The notes beneath the pieces are model-generated. The model searched no databases and was not told where the DNA came from. It was given only the letters and a program-made list of their open reading frames with translations. Position numbers and translations under genes: made by a program. Positions 26,049 through 33,893 of a DNA stretch of 57,727 nucleotides are shown piece after piece; the stretch's first letter is position 1, and each line of letters starts with the position of its first letter. Origin of the DNA: Bacteroidales bacterium UBA4621. GTDB lineage: Bacteria > Bacteroidota > Bacteroidia > Bacteroidales > Paludibacteraceae. The DNA is taken from the NCBI GenBank assembly GCA_002387325.1, contig DGIN01000005.1, positions 1-57,727 on the forward strand, given 5' to 3'.

Positions 26049-29000
26049 ATGAAAAAAATTTTTTTAATGCTCCTTACAACATTTGTTGTTGCCGGAACTA
26101 CCTTTGCTGAAGATACACCGCCACGACAAATAGAATATCAAGTAGGAGATACTGTAACCGTAAATCGCAGTGCCACTCACTATATAACAGGTGAGCGTAT
26201 ATCCCAATGGGTATATGATGTCAAACACACAATACGGCAAGTAGGTTCACTATTTCATAAAGACGGTATCTTGCTTAAAGGTATAAGATCTTGGATTGCC
26301 CCATCCAACATTTCTCCAGCCGGAGAATACTACAAAAAAGAAATAAAGGTTATTCCTGAACAACAAATCACAGATAATCAAGTAGAGGATACTACTGACC
26401 ATTCTACTCCGATAGAAGTTCCTACAACGGAGAATAAAGAAATTGTATCTAACAAACAGGTAGTGGAAAATCAAGCCACTATAGAACCACAAAACAAATC
26501 TACTACTCCTACACGTATAAGAGGGCGTATATTATCAATGGATAGTGATAATCATTCCATTGCAGGAGCAAAAATAACTTTAGGAAATCAAGGAATCTCC
26601 ACCACCACCAATGCTAATGGTGAATTTTCTCTTACCTATCTGGAACCAATAGACGAAGAAATTATTATTGAGGCAGATGGTTATATATCTGATATTCAAT
26701 TGGCTTTGTTACAAGAAGGTGAATTAAATGATTTAGGAAACATTAGTTTGCAACGTGATTTGGCACGTGATGCGCAGGAGGAGATACTCCTCAACCTTGC
26801 AGACGAGGACCTCAACGATGATGAAGGCAAGTCGCAAGCACAGGCATCGGCTTCTTCGGCAAGCACCGATGTATTCAACTCAACCACCTCATTTGCATGG
26901 TCCACAGCCCGTTACCGCAAGCGCGGTTACGACCAGACCTACGAGCAAAACTACATCAACGGTATCAACTTCAACTCTGCCGAGCGCGGTCAGTTCAATT
27001 TTTCGTCGATGGGCGGTTTGAACGACGCCAGCCGCAATAAAGAGGTGCTGAACCCGATTGAGGCGACCAATTTCGCTTTTGGCGGTCTCAGCACTTCGAC
27101 CAACTATCTGATGGACGCTTCGCGCTATGCACAGGGATGGAAAGTGGGAGTTGCCGGCACCAACCGCAACTACAAAGCCCGCGTAAATGCCACCTACGCC
27201 AGCGGACCGCTTGCCAACGGTTGGTCGTTTATCGGACAGATGGCATTCCGTTTCTCGCCATATATCGACCAGAAGGGAATTATCGGTGAGGGTATCAAAT
27301 ACTACTCGCTGGGCTATTTCTTCTCGGCAGAAAAGAAATTCAACAACGGCGACAAACTGTCCATTATCACTTTCGGCGCACCTACCGAGCGAGGGCAGTC
27401 GGCAGCTGTAACACAAGAAGTGTATGACTTGACCAATGCCTACAACAAGACCTCATGGGGGCACAATAGTTATAACCCATATTGGGGCTATCAGAATGGC
27501 AAAGTACGCAACTCGCGCATTGTCAAATCGTATGACCCGATGGCCATCTTGAATTATGACCTGAAGATTGACGACTACAACAAGATGAAGTTTGCTGTCG
27601 GTTACCACTATAGTTTCTACAGCAACTCGGCACTTACGTTCTATAATGCACCCGATCCGCGTCCGGACTACTACCGCAACCTGCCTTCGTTCCTTTGGGA
27701 CGGACAGATAGCCGACTCCAACTCGGAACAACTCTATGACCTCAACGGCGGGCATTACCAATATGGTAATTTCATCGGAGCGGATATGAACGGTCTCGAA
27801 ATGGGTATGGGGCAAGTGGCACACGACGGCAACATCATCGGTCCGAGTATCAATGCGCAGCAATACAATGCGTTGGTGGACCTGTGGCAGAGCCGTGACA
27901 ACAAAACCACCCAAATCGATTGGGACAATATCTACGCTTCAAACATTGCCAGCAATTACACCAACCCGAATGGCTCGGCACGCTATCTGTTGGAACGCCG
28001 CCATAACAATATCCAAGAGGCTATGGCGAACATCAACTACGTGAATACGCAATTTGATCACCTGAAGATTACCGCCGGTTTGGAGGGCAAATTCTCACAG
28101 GGTATCCACTACAAGACTGTGGATGACCTGCTCGGTGGCAACCAGTGGATTGACGTTGATCCGTTTGCCGACCGTGATATAAAAGAGTTGGCAACCAATG
28201 CAGGTCTGTCGCAAACCGACATCGCCAATGTGAAAAAGAACGACATTGCTGCCGACTACAACGATGTGAAGCACGATGGCGACCGTTTCGGTTACGACTA
28301 CCGTATCAATATGGGTACTGCCAAACTGTGGGCGCAGAACGAGTGGACATTCAACGAAGTGGATTTCTACTACGCCCTGCAACTCACCTACTCTTCGATG
28401 CAGCGTACCACCAATATGATCAACGGTCGTGCATGGTATCTCTCGCAACTCAATCCGCAATACGCTTCCCGCTATCTCGGTACCCAAGCCGATGAGATTA
28501 TCGCACGTGCCAATGCCGGTACACTCAAAGCAGGAACCACCTATATGGGACGGGCACACCATTTCATTGATCCTGCCTTCAAACTCGGTGCCATCTACAA
28601 GATTGACGGGCGCAACAAACTGAAGATTAACGCACTGGCAGAGACACGCGCTCCGTTGGCACGCAATGCCTACATCTCGCAGCGCGTACACGACCGTGCT
28701 ATCGGAACCATCTATACCCACGACAATGCCCAAAGTCTCAAAGATTTCTATGCAGCCAGCGAGAAAGTGGCAGGCGGCGACCTCTCCTACGAGTTCAATT
28801 TCCCCATTGTGCGCGGTCGTATCACGGGTTTCTTCACCCAGTTCTGGGACGGAAGCGAACTGAACGGCTACTATGATGACGAGGCGCGTACGTTTGTCAA
28901 TCAGGCACTGACGGGTATCAACCGCCGCCATATGGGAATTGAGGCTGCCGCTGCCGTAAAACTCGGTACGTATTTCACCCTGACAGGTGCAGCCAGCGTG

Positions 29001-29753
29001 GGCGACTACCGCTATACGAGCAACGCAATGGCTGTTACTTCTGCCGAGAATGGTATGGCTCTCGCCGAGGATAAAGATGGTAAGTCGGTCTTCGAGTTGC
29101 AAGACGAAGTACTACTCAAAGGCATCCGTGTAGCAACCGGTCCGCAAGTGAACGCCAGTCTCAAACTGTCGTTCTTCCACCCGAAGATGTGGTTTGCCGA
29201 TGTAACGGTAAGTTACTACGACTGGAATTTCCTCGATGTGGCTCCTTCGCGCCGTATGAAAGGTCTTTACACGGGTGTACGTGCCGACGGAACACCGGTA
29301 AACGGTTGGTATGGCGACAGTTACGCTAATGCCATAGAGACCACCGACGGCAAAACCGCTATGATAACGGGCGATGGCTCTTTCCCGACCAATGCCGTGC
29401 TTGATAAGAATGGCGTTCCTGTACTGCGCTATCCGTACAACATCCTTTCGATGCAGGAGTCGCTGGCAGCCACCAACCCGCTCAACCGCTTCATTATTGA
29501 TGCCAGCGTGGGCAAGTTGGTCTATCTGAAGAACCGTCAGTCGCTGTCAATCAACCTGACTGTAACGAACCTGACGAACAACACCCACTTCAAGACGGGC
29601 GGCTACCAGCAGGCACGTCTGCCGCGCTACACGCGCCAGGGTGTGGGCGAGAACGAGAACTCGGTTATCTCGCCCAATGCGTGGAAATTTCCGAGCAAGT
29701 ACTACTACGCATGGGGTATGAATTTCTTCTTGAATATAACCTATAAATTCTAA
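26049..29753 (+). CDS. TonB-dependent-receptor-like outer-membrane protein with N-terminal extension (SH3b-like module + linker) and CarboxypepD_reg-like domain
   Basis: 1234 aa. Signal peptide MKKIFLMLLTTFVVAGTTFA. aa 27-90 'YQVGDTVTV..ATHYITGERISQWV....HTIRQV.....GILLKGIRSWI' is SH3b-like. aa 157-235 'IRGRILSMDSDNHSIAGAKITLGNQGISTTTNANGEFSL' is CarboxypepD_reg-like. Then plug-like 'RYRKRGYDQ..EQNYINGINFNS', a long barrel and a C-terminal '...LNITYKF'. Confidence 0.8.
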   Translation: MKKIFLMLLTTFVVAGTTFAEDTPPRQIEYQVGDTVTVNRSATHYITGERISQWVYDVKHTIRQVGSLFHKDGILLKGIRSWIAPSNISPAGEYYKKEIKVIPEQQITDNQVEDTTDHSTPIEVPTTENKEIVSNKQVVENQATIEPQNKSTTPTRIRGRILSMDSDNHSIAGAKITLGNQGISTTTNANGEFSLTYLEPIDEEIIIEADGYISDIQLALLQEGELNDLGNISLQRDLARDAQEEILLNLADEDLNDDEGKSQAQASASSASTDVFNSTTSFAWSTARYRKRGYDQTYEQNYINGINFNSAERGQFNFSSMGGLNDASRNKEVLNPIEATNFAFGGLSTSTNYLMDASRYAQGWKVGVAGTNRNYKARVNATYASGPLANGWSFIGQMAFRFSPYIDQKGIIGEGIKYYSLGYFFSAEKKFNNGDKLSIITFGAPTERGQSAAVTQEVYDLTNAYNKTSWGHNSYNPYWGYQNGKVRNSRIVKSYDPMAILNYDLKIDDYNKMKFAVGYHYSFYSNSALTFYNAPDPRPDYYRNLPSFLWDGQIADSNSEQLYDLNGGHYQYGNFIGADMNGLEMGMGQVAHDGNIIGPSINAQQYNALVDLWQSRDNKTTQIDWDNIYASNIASNYTNPNGSARYLLERRHNNIQEAMANINYVNTQFDHLKITAGLEGKFSQGIHYKTVDDLLGGNQWIDVDPFADRDIKELATNAGLSQTDIANVKKNDIAADYNDVKHDGDRFGYDYRINMGTAKLWAQNEWTFNEVDFYYALQLTYSSMQRTTNMINGRAWYLSQLNPQYASRYLGTQADEIIARANAGTLKAGTTYMGRAHHFIDPAFKLGAIYKIDGRNKLKINALAETRAPLARNAYISQRVHDRAIGTIYTHDNAQSLKDFYAASEKVAGGDLSYEFNFPIVRGRITGFFTQFWDGSELNGYYDDEARTFVNQALTGINRRHMGIEAAAAVKLGTYFTLTGAASVGDYRYTSNAMAVTSAENGMALAEDKDGKSVFELQDEVLLKGIRVATGPQVNASLKLSFFHPKMWFADVTVSYYDWNFLDVAPSRRMKGLYTGVRADGTPVNGWYGDSYANAIETTDGKTAMITGDGSFPTNAVLDKNGVPVLRYPYNILSMQESLAATNPLNRFIIDASVGKLVYLKNRQSLSINLTVTNLTNNTHFKTGGYQQARLPRYTRQGVGENENSVISPNAWKFPSKYYYAWGMNFFLNITYKF

Positions 29754-29758
29754 TCAGT

Positions 29759-30952
29759 ATGCAACGTAAAATCTATTATATAGCCGCTCTGTTTGCCGCT
29801 ACGGCAACCGCCCTGTTCACCTCTTGCGAACCGCGTGCCCTCACAGAAGACGATGTGTTTCAAAAGACCGGCAACATAGACAGTCTCATTCAGCAGCGTG
29901 AAACAGAATATCATCTCTACACGCTCAATGAGTTTGTGGACACTTATATGACCGAACAGGGGAATTTCTGGAGCGATACATCGCAATACCGCAGCCGCGC
30001 CACCAACGGCGACGGAATCTATCTGTTCTCGCTTGACACCCTGCCCACCAACGGTGCGGGCATCTATATCCGCGGACGTGTTACGACCGATGACTACGGA
30101 GGAAATTTTTACAAATCCTTGGTTATCCAACAGGTGCTTGACGGCAAGCAGCAGAACCTGCGTGTATCGGTGGACCTTGGTTCGGTAGGCGGAATGTACC
30201 AATTGGGACAAGAGATACTCATCCGTTGCAACGGTCTGTGCATCGGTCGTTATGGCGACCAGCCGCAACTCTGCGTACCCGCATACAACAACAATATCTA
30301 TGCGCAAAACGCCACGCAAAAGGTCGGTTGGGCTCCCGGACGTATTCCGAATGGTATCTTCCGCAATGCTGTAACACTGATTGGTGTACCCGACCAATCA
30401 AAACTGCAATATGACACCATCACCATTGCCGACTTTATCAATCTCAAAGACGAGAAAGAGATGCGTACAATGGACGGGCGTCTTGTAGTGCTAAAGAACG
30501 TATGGTTCACAGGCAAATACGAAAACAAGGGTACACTTGCCGACTGCACAACAGGCGATCCGGAAACGGACAGTTATGCCAATGTATTTGCACCGACTAC
30601 CGACAATATCGGTTTTCCGCAGAGTCGTCTTATTAGCGATGGCACCAATGAAACTCTTGTCGGCAGTTCGGAATACAGCAAGTTCTCCCATTTTTATATT
30701 CCCGGTGCGGACTCTACAGGTATTGCCAACTGCACCAAATACAAAGGGACTATCACGGGTATTCTCGGTCAATTCCGCGATAATGCACGCTATGCGCACG
30801 ACAAATATGACTGGTCCATCACCCCTCGCAACATCAATATCGGCAACAGCAACCCGCTGAACGACATTGTGATGTTCCATACCGAGACGGGCGAAGAGTG
30901 GATACCGCAGGAGTACACCGCTCCCAAAGAAGAGAGTACTCCCGCTGAATAA
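29759..30952 (+). CDS. lipoprotein partner of the receptor (OB-fold-like, possibly DUF5689-like)
   Basis: 397 aa. Lipobox 'ALFTSC'. 'GIYIRGRVTTDDYGGNFYKSLVIQQ' resembles OB-fold modules I recall from DUF5689 proteins. Starts 6 nt after the receptor stop. Confidence 0.6.
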   Translation: MQRKIYYIAALFAATATALFTSCEPRALTEDDVFQKTGNIDSLIQQRETEYHLYTLNEFVDTYMTEQGNFWSDTSQYRSRATNGDGIYLFSLDTLPTNGAGIYIRGRVTTDDYGGNFYKSLVIQQVLDGKQQNLRVSVDLGSVGGMYQLGQEILIRCNGLCIGRYGDQPQLCVPAYNNNIYAQNATQKVGWAPGRIPNGIFRNAVTLIGVPDQSKLQYDTITIADFINLKDEKEMRTMDGRLVVLKNVWFTGKYENKGTLADCTTGDPETDSYANVFAPTTDNIGFPQSRLISDGTNETLVGSSEYSKFSHFYIPGADSTGIANCTKYKGTITGILGQFRDNARYAHDKYDWSITPRNINIGNSNPLNDIVMFHTETGEEWIPQEYTAPKEESTPAE

Positions 30953-30966
30953 GGAATAAAGCCTGT

Positions 30967-31017
30967 GGGACAAAGAACAATGAACTAAACAGCATTGGTT
31001 CTTTGTCCCGCTTTTTA
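30967..31017 (+). terminator. rho-independent terminator after receptor/lipoprotein pair
   Basis: gggacaaagaacaatg (30967-30982) pairs with cattggttctttgtccc (30993-31009) with a 1-nt bulge, followed by gcttttta. Confidence 0.8.
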
Positions 31018-31086
31018 TTATTCTTTGTTATATATTTCCCATTGTTCATTGTTATCTATTTCTCTATTCTATCTTTCTGTTAAGAG

Positions 31087-31593
31087 ATGAATTGGCTTGA
31101 TGCCCTACTCCTTTTGCCGTTGCTCATCGGACTTATCCGCGGTCTGATGCGTGGTTTCATTACCGAACTTATTGCCATACTGGCCGTTGTGTTCGGTGTA
31201 GTGGGTGCACGTCTGTGGGGTGCACGGTTCTCTGCGTGGGTTTTGTTGCAAACCGAATGGCCTGCGGGTGTATGCGATGTGATTGCCTATGCGCTGCTGT
31301 TTTTGGCTATTGCCATTGTACTGAATATTCTCGGTCGTCTGCTGTCCAAACTGCTACGCGCTATCCATCTCGGTTTTCTCAACCGTCTCGGTGGCGGGTT
31401 ATTCGGTGTTGCCAAATGGGCGTTGGTGGTTTTGCTTGTTGTCTTTCTTGCCGACCGCATAGATCGCCAATTCGGGTGTTTTGGCAAGACGGAAATCGTA
31501 AAGACCTCCGTTCTCTACCGCCCTATGGTAAACGCTTCAAATCATTTGCTGAATGTGGTAACCACTGCCGCAACAGATTATTCGCAAAAATAA
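31087..31593 (+). CDS. cvpA: CvpA-family membrane protein
   Basis: 168 aa. 'MNWLDALLLLPLLIGLIRGLMRGFITELI' N-terminus. 4 TM helices. Confidence 0.85.
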   Translation: MNWLDALLLLPLLIGLIRGLMRGFITELIAILAVVFGVVGARLWGARFSAWVLLQTEWPAGVCDVIAYALLFLAIAIVLNILGRLLSKLLRAIHLGFLNRLGGGLFGVAKWALVVLLVVFLADRIDRQFGCFGKTEIVKTSVLYRPMVNASNHLLNVVTTAATDYSQK

Positions 31594-31594
31594 A

Positions 31595-32065
31595 TTGTAC
31601 GCCCCTAATCCTATAGAAAAAGGGAAATCCATAGTATATTTTTCCCTAGGCAGCAACCTCGGTAAGCGTGAGCAGAATATCAACTATGCGTTGCAATTGC
31701 TTGAGCAACACACAGGTCTGCTTATCCGCCGGTCTGCTTTTTTTTATTCTGCGCCATGGGGCTTTGCGTCGGACCACCCGTTCTGCAACCTCTGTGCGGT
31801 TTTCTGCACATCACTTTCACCTTTCGACATTCTCAGTACGACACAGCATATTGAGCGTACACTCGGGCGCACCCATAAATCGTTACACGGGCTGTACACA
31901 GACCGTATTATCGATATAGATATGCTTCTGTACCTCGCTCCCGAAGGTCATTCCCTATCCCTTCACACCCCTATGCTCACTCTCCCCCACCCGCTTATGC
32001 ATCTCCGTCCATTTGTTATGCTGCCTTTGATAGAAATACTCCCGAAACCATATTGTAGCCTATAA
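31595..32065 (+). CDS. folK: 2-amino-4-hydroxy-6-hydroxymethyldihydropteridine diphosphokinase
   Basis: 156 aa. 'VYFSLGSNLG', 'SAFFYSAPWGF', 'RIIDIDMLLY', 'LPHPLMHLRPFVMLPL'. The only available start is TTG at 31595, 1 nt after the cvpA stop. Confidence 0.88.
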   Translation: MYAPNPIEKGKSIVYFSLGSNLGKREQNINYALQLLEQHTGLLIRRSAFFYSAPWGFASDHPFCNLCAVFCTSLSPFDILSTTQHIERTLGRTHKSLHGLYTDRIIDIDMLLYLAPEGHSLSLHTPMLTLPHPLMHLRPFVMLPLIEILPKPYCSL

Positions 32066-32088
32066 CTATCCTATGCGCATCCTATAAC
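32056..32088. repeat. TA(G/T)CCTATAAC-type 11-bp array x3, overlapping the folK stop codon
   Basis: tagcctataac (32056), tatcctatgcg (32067), catcctataac (32078). The folK TAA is 32063-32065. Confidence 0.9.
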
Positions 32089-32093
32089 AAAGC

Positions 32094-32128
32094 AGAGGCT
32101 GTCTGACAAGTACAGGCAGTCTCTTTTA
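32094..32128 (+). terminator. rho-independent terminator after folK
   Basis: agaggctgtctg / caggcagtctct form a 12-bp stem (2 G-U pairs) with a 7-nt loop, then TTTT. Confidence 0.7.
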
Positions 32129-32178
32129 TATTCTGACAGGCGTTTTGGTATATGGTGGAACGATTTGTAACCTCAGCG

Positions 32179-32222
32179 TATCCTATAACGAATAACCCGT
32201 TAATAACCCGATAATAACCCGA
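32179..32222. repeat. 11-bp array: TATCCTATAAC x1 + (G/T)AATAACCCGN x3
   Basis: Units at 32179, 32190, 32201 and 32212. Confidence 0.95.
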
Positions 32223-32390
32223 TGCGGTTATACGGAAGGTATTGATAGTTCGGCAGAGCCGGTAATGATGCGGGACGATAAGGAGTTCTGCTCAAGCCAC
32301 AGGTTTTCGCTTCGCGATGGCACTCAGTGCGCGCTGTGCACCTGCCTTACGCTTCACGTCTCCACAAGCACAGTGCAGATTCAATAACTT

Positions 32391-32411
32391 GACGACGCGA
32401 GACGCGTCGTC
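32391..32411. repeat. perfect palindrome GACGACGCG-aga-CGCGTCGTC; its 15-mer gcgagacgcgtcgtc recurs at 32839-32853
   Basis: Read directly. The 13-mer cgtctccacaagc also occurs twice (32357-32369 and 32407-32419). Confidence 0.9.
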
Positions 32412-32449
32412 TCCACAAGCGTGCATAGTCATACGGTTTGTACCAAACC

Positions 32450-32491
32450 GACCGCGGACGGGGGCGTCCGTGTCCCCTGAATAGTGTCTGC
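32450..32491 (+). repeat. dispersed ~41-bp repeat, copy 2
   Basis: gaccgcggacgggggcgtccgtgtcccctgaatagtgtctgc; see 6222-6262. Confidence 0.85.
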
Positions 32492-32550
32492 ATCCACAAA
32501 ATGGCGTCCGCGTCCGCAGTGATACGGTATATTTTACGAAAAAACGACAT

Positions 32551-32585
32551 CAAAAATGGGCTGTCCGCACTTGTCAGACAGCCCC
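32551..32585 (-). terminator. rho-independent terminator for the small minus-strand membrane ORF
   Basis: The minus strand reads ggggctgtc-tgacaagtgcg-gacagccc followed by ATTTTTG. It shares the 15-mer ggctgtctgacaagt with the folK terminator. Confidence 0.7.
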
Positions 32586-32612
32586 ACTCCATCTATTGTT
32601 TGTATTTTATCC

Positions 32613-32768
32613 TTATTTGTCGGCTTTATCGGCTTTCTCCGTGCCGGTCACGGTATTTTCCTGATTCTTTTTGCCATCTTTGCGGCGATTCATCAAACCT
32701 ATCACACAGAAAGGCACAATGAACATTGCCAAAAAGACCAAAGTAAGGATAATAATAGAAGTATCCAT
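32613..32768 (-). CDS. small single-pass membrane protein (51 aa)
   Basis: MDTSIIILTLVFLAMFIVPFCVIGLMNRRKDGKKNQENTVTGTEKADKADK: one TM helix plus a K-rich tail, followed by a good terminator. I prefer the internal ATG (32768) to the ORF-track start at 32828. Confidence 0.4.
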   Translation of the reverse strand: MDTSIIILTLVFLAMFIVPFCVIGLMNRRKDGKKNQENTVTGTEKADKADK

Positions 32769-32904
32769 AATCGTCTTATTTGTAAATTTGTAGATTAGAA
32801 AATTTGTACATTGCTTTGTCGGCAACATACATCACGATGCGAGACGCGTCGTCGCCATCGCGGCATACTCTGCTTGGGGTATGCACATCTTACAAGGGGA
32901 GCGA

Positions 32905-33309
32905 TTACCAGAAAGTATTGAACGGGTAGGATATATCTTCGGCAGGCAGGCCGACAACCAACGCCTCTGCATAGGATATATCGCTGTTCAAACGATGTGA
33001 AGCAGCCGATTCACCGGCTGCGGAAAGAGCAAAAACAGGTGTATGTGTATTGGTGTTCTGCGCAGTGCGCGAATAGGATTCACAACGGCGGTTGAATATA
33101 TTGTTTGTCCATGCGGGCGAATATCCTGATAATGCAAAATCGGACAGATAATCGCTCTCAGAGAAGGTCTGTTCCTTCTCTGCAGAAAGCGTTGCCTGCT
33201 GTACCCTATTCTCCTGTATGCGTGGAGGATAGCCGTTGAGCCGCAAAACCGCACTGACGGCAAGCATCAAGAATATGTAGAACCAATGTCTCACGTTTTG
33301 TAACGTCAA
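32905..33309 (-). CDS. hypothetical membrane-anchored/secreted protein
   Basis: 134 aa. N-terminal hydrophobic segment 'WFYIFLMLAVSAVL'. Non-ATG start (TTG at 33309 or GTG a few codons in). Starts 11 nt after the NUDIX gene stop on the same strand. Confidence 0.4.
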   Translation of the reverse strand: MTLQNVRHWFYIFLMLAVSAVLRLNGYPPRIQENRVQQATLSAEKEQTFSESDYLSDFALSGYSPAWTNNIFNRRCESYSRTAQNTNTHTPVFALSAAGESAASHRLNSDISYAEALVVGLPAEDISYPFNTFW

Positions 33310-33320
33310 TTACCATATAA

Positions 33321-33893
33321 TCAGTTGTTATAGTGCTGTGTGGCAAAGTATTTCCAGAGAGGAGCGGCATGGAGGGCTTGGATGATTTCGCCCTTTTCCA
33401 ACAACTGCCGCACATCGGCTTTATCCATGATATGCACATGTATGTCCTCGGTGCGCTCCTGATGCTGCTCGCGGACTTTCTCCACCCCCACAGCAAGGAA
33501 AGTATAAGAGAGATTGTTCTGATTGCCGGGGTTGGGTGCCAAGACCATAAACTGCTGCCATTCGCCCCCTTCGTATCCCGTTTCCTCACTCAGTTCGCGC
33601 TTTGCCGCTTCGAGCGGAGTCTCTCCCGGGTCGATTACACCGGCTACCAGTTCATAGTGCGTCTCGCCAAGTCCGTGCCGGTACTGGTCTTCCATTACCA
33701 TCTGTCCGTCTTTTGTGATAGCGATGACGTTAATCCAACAAGGGAACTCCATCACGAAATAGGCGGGTACCACTGCCCCTGTCGGCAGTTCGACCGTGTC
33801 CTGACGCACATTAAGCCAAATACCTTTGCTGAGCAGTTTTTCACTTTTGAGTACTTTCCACTTGCGATTTTCCAATTTCTCTATCATATACAC
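33321..33893 (-). CDS. NUDIX hydrolase (ADP-ribose pyrophosphatase-like)
   Basis: 190 aa. Nudix box 'GVIDPGETPLEAAKRELSEETGY'. Overlaps the MATE 3' end by ~50 nt. Confidence 0.88.
   Translation of the reverse strand: MYMIEKLENRKWKVLKSEKLLSKGIWLNVRQDTVELPTGAVVPAYFVMEFPCWINVIAITKDGQMVMEDQYRHGLGETHYELVAGVIDPGETPLEAAKRELSEETGYEGGEWQQFMVLAPNPGNQNNLSYTFLAVGVEKVREQHQERTEDIHVHIMDKADVRQLLEKGEIIQALHAAPLWKYFATQHYNN

Noticed and set aside
24281-26760. Low-GC islet as a classical mobile element (IS, integrative element, prophage remnant)
   Set aside because: No transposase, integrase, tRNA target, terminal inverted repeats or flanking direct repeats are visible. The boundaries coincide with a stop codon and an intragenic domain junction, which fits homologous-recombination import better.
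32347-32592. 81-aa minus ORF and the 62-aa (6117-6305) and 99-aa (6312-6611) minus ORFs in long spacers
   Set aside because: They are R/W/C-rich or low-complexity, span the dispersed GC-rich repeat and hairpins, and have no start context. They are treated as non-coding.
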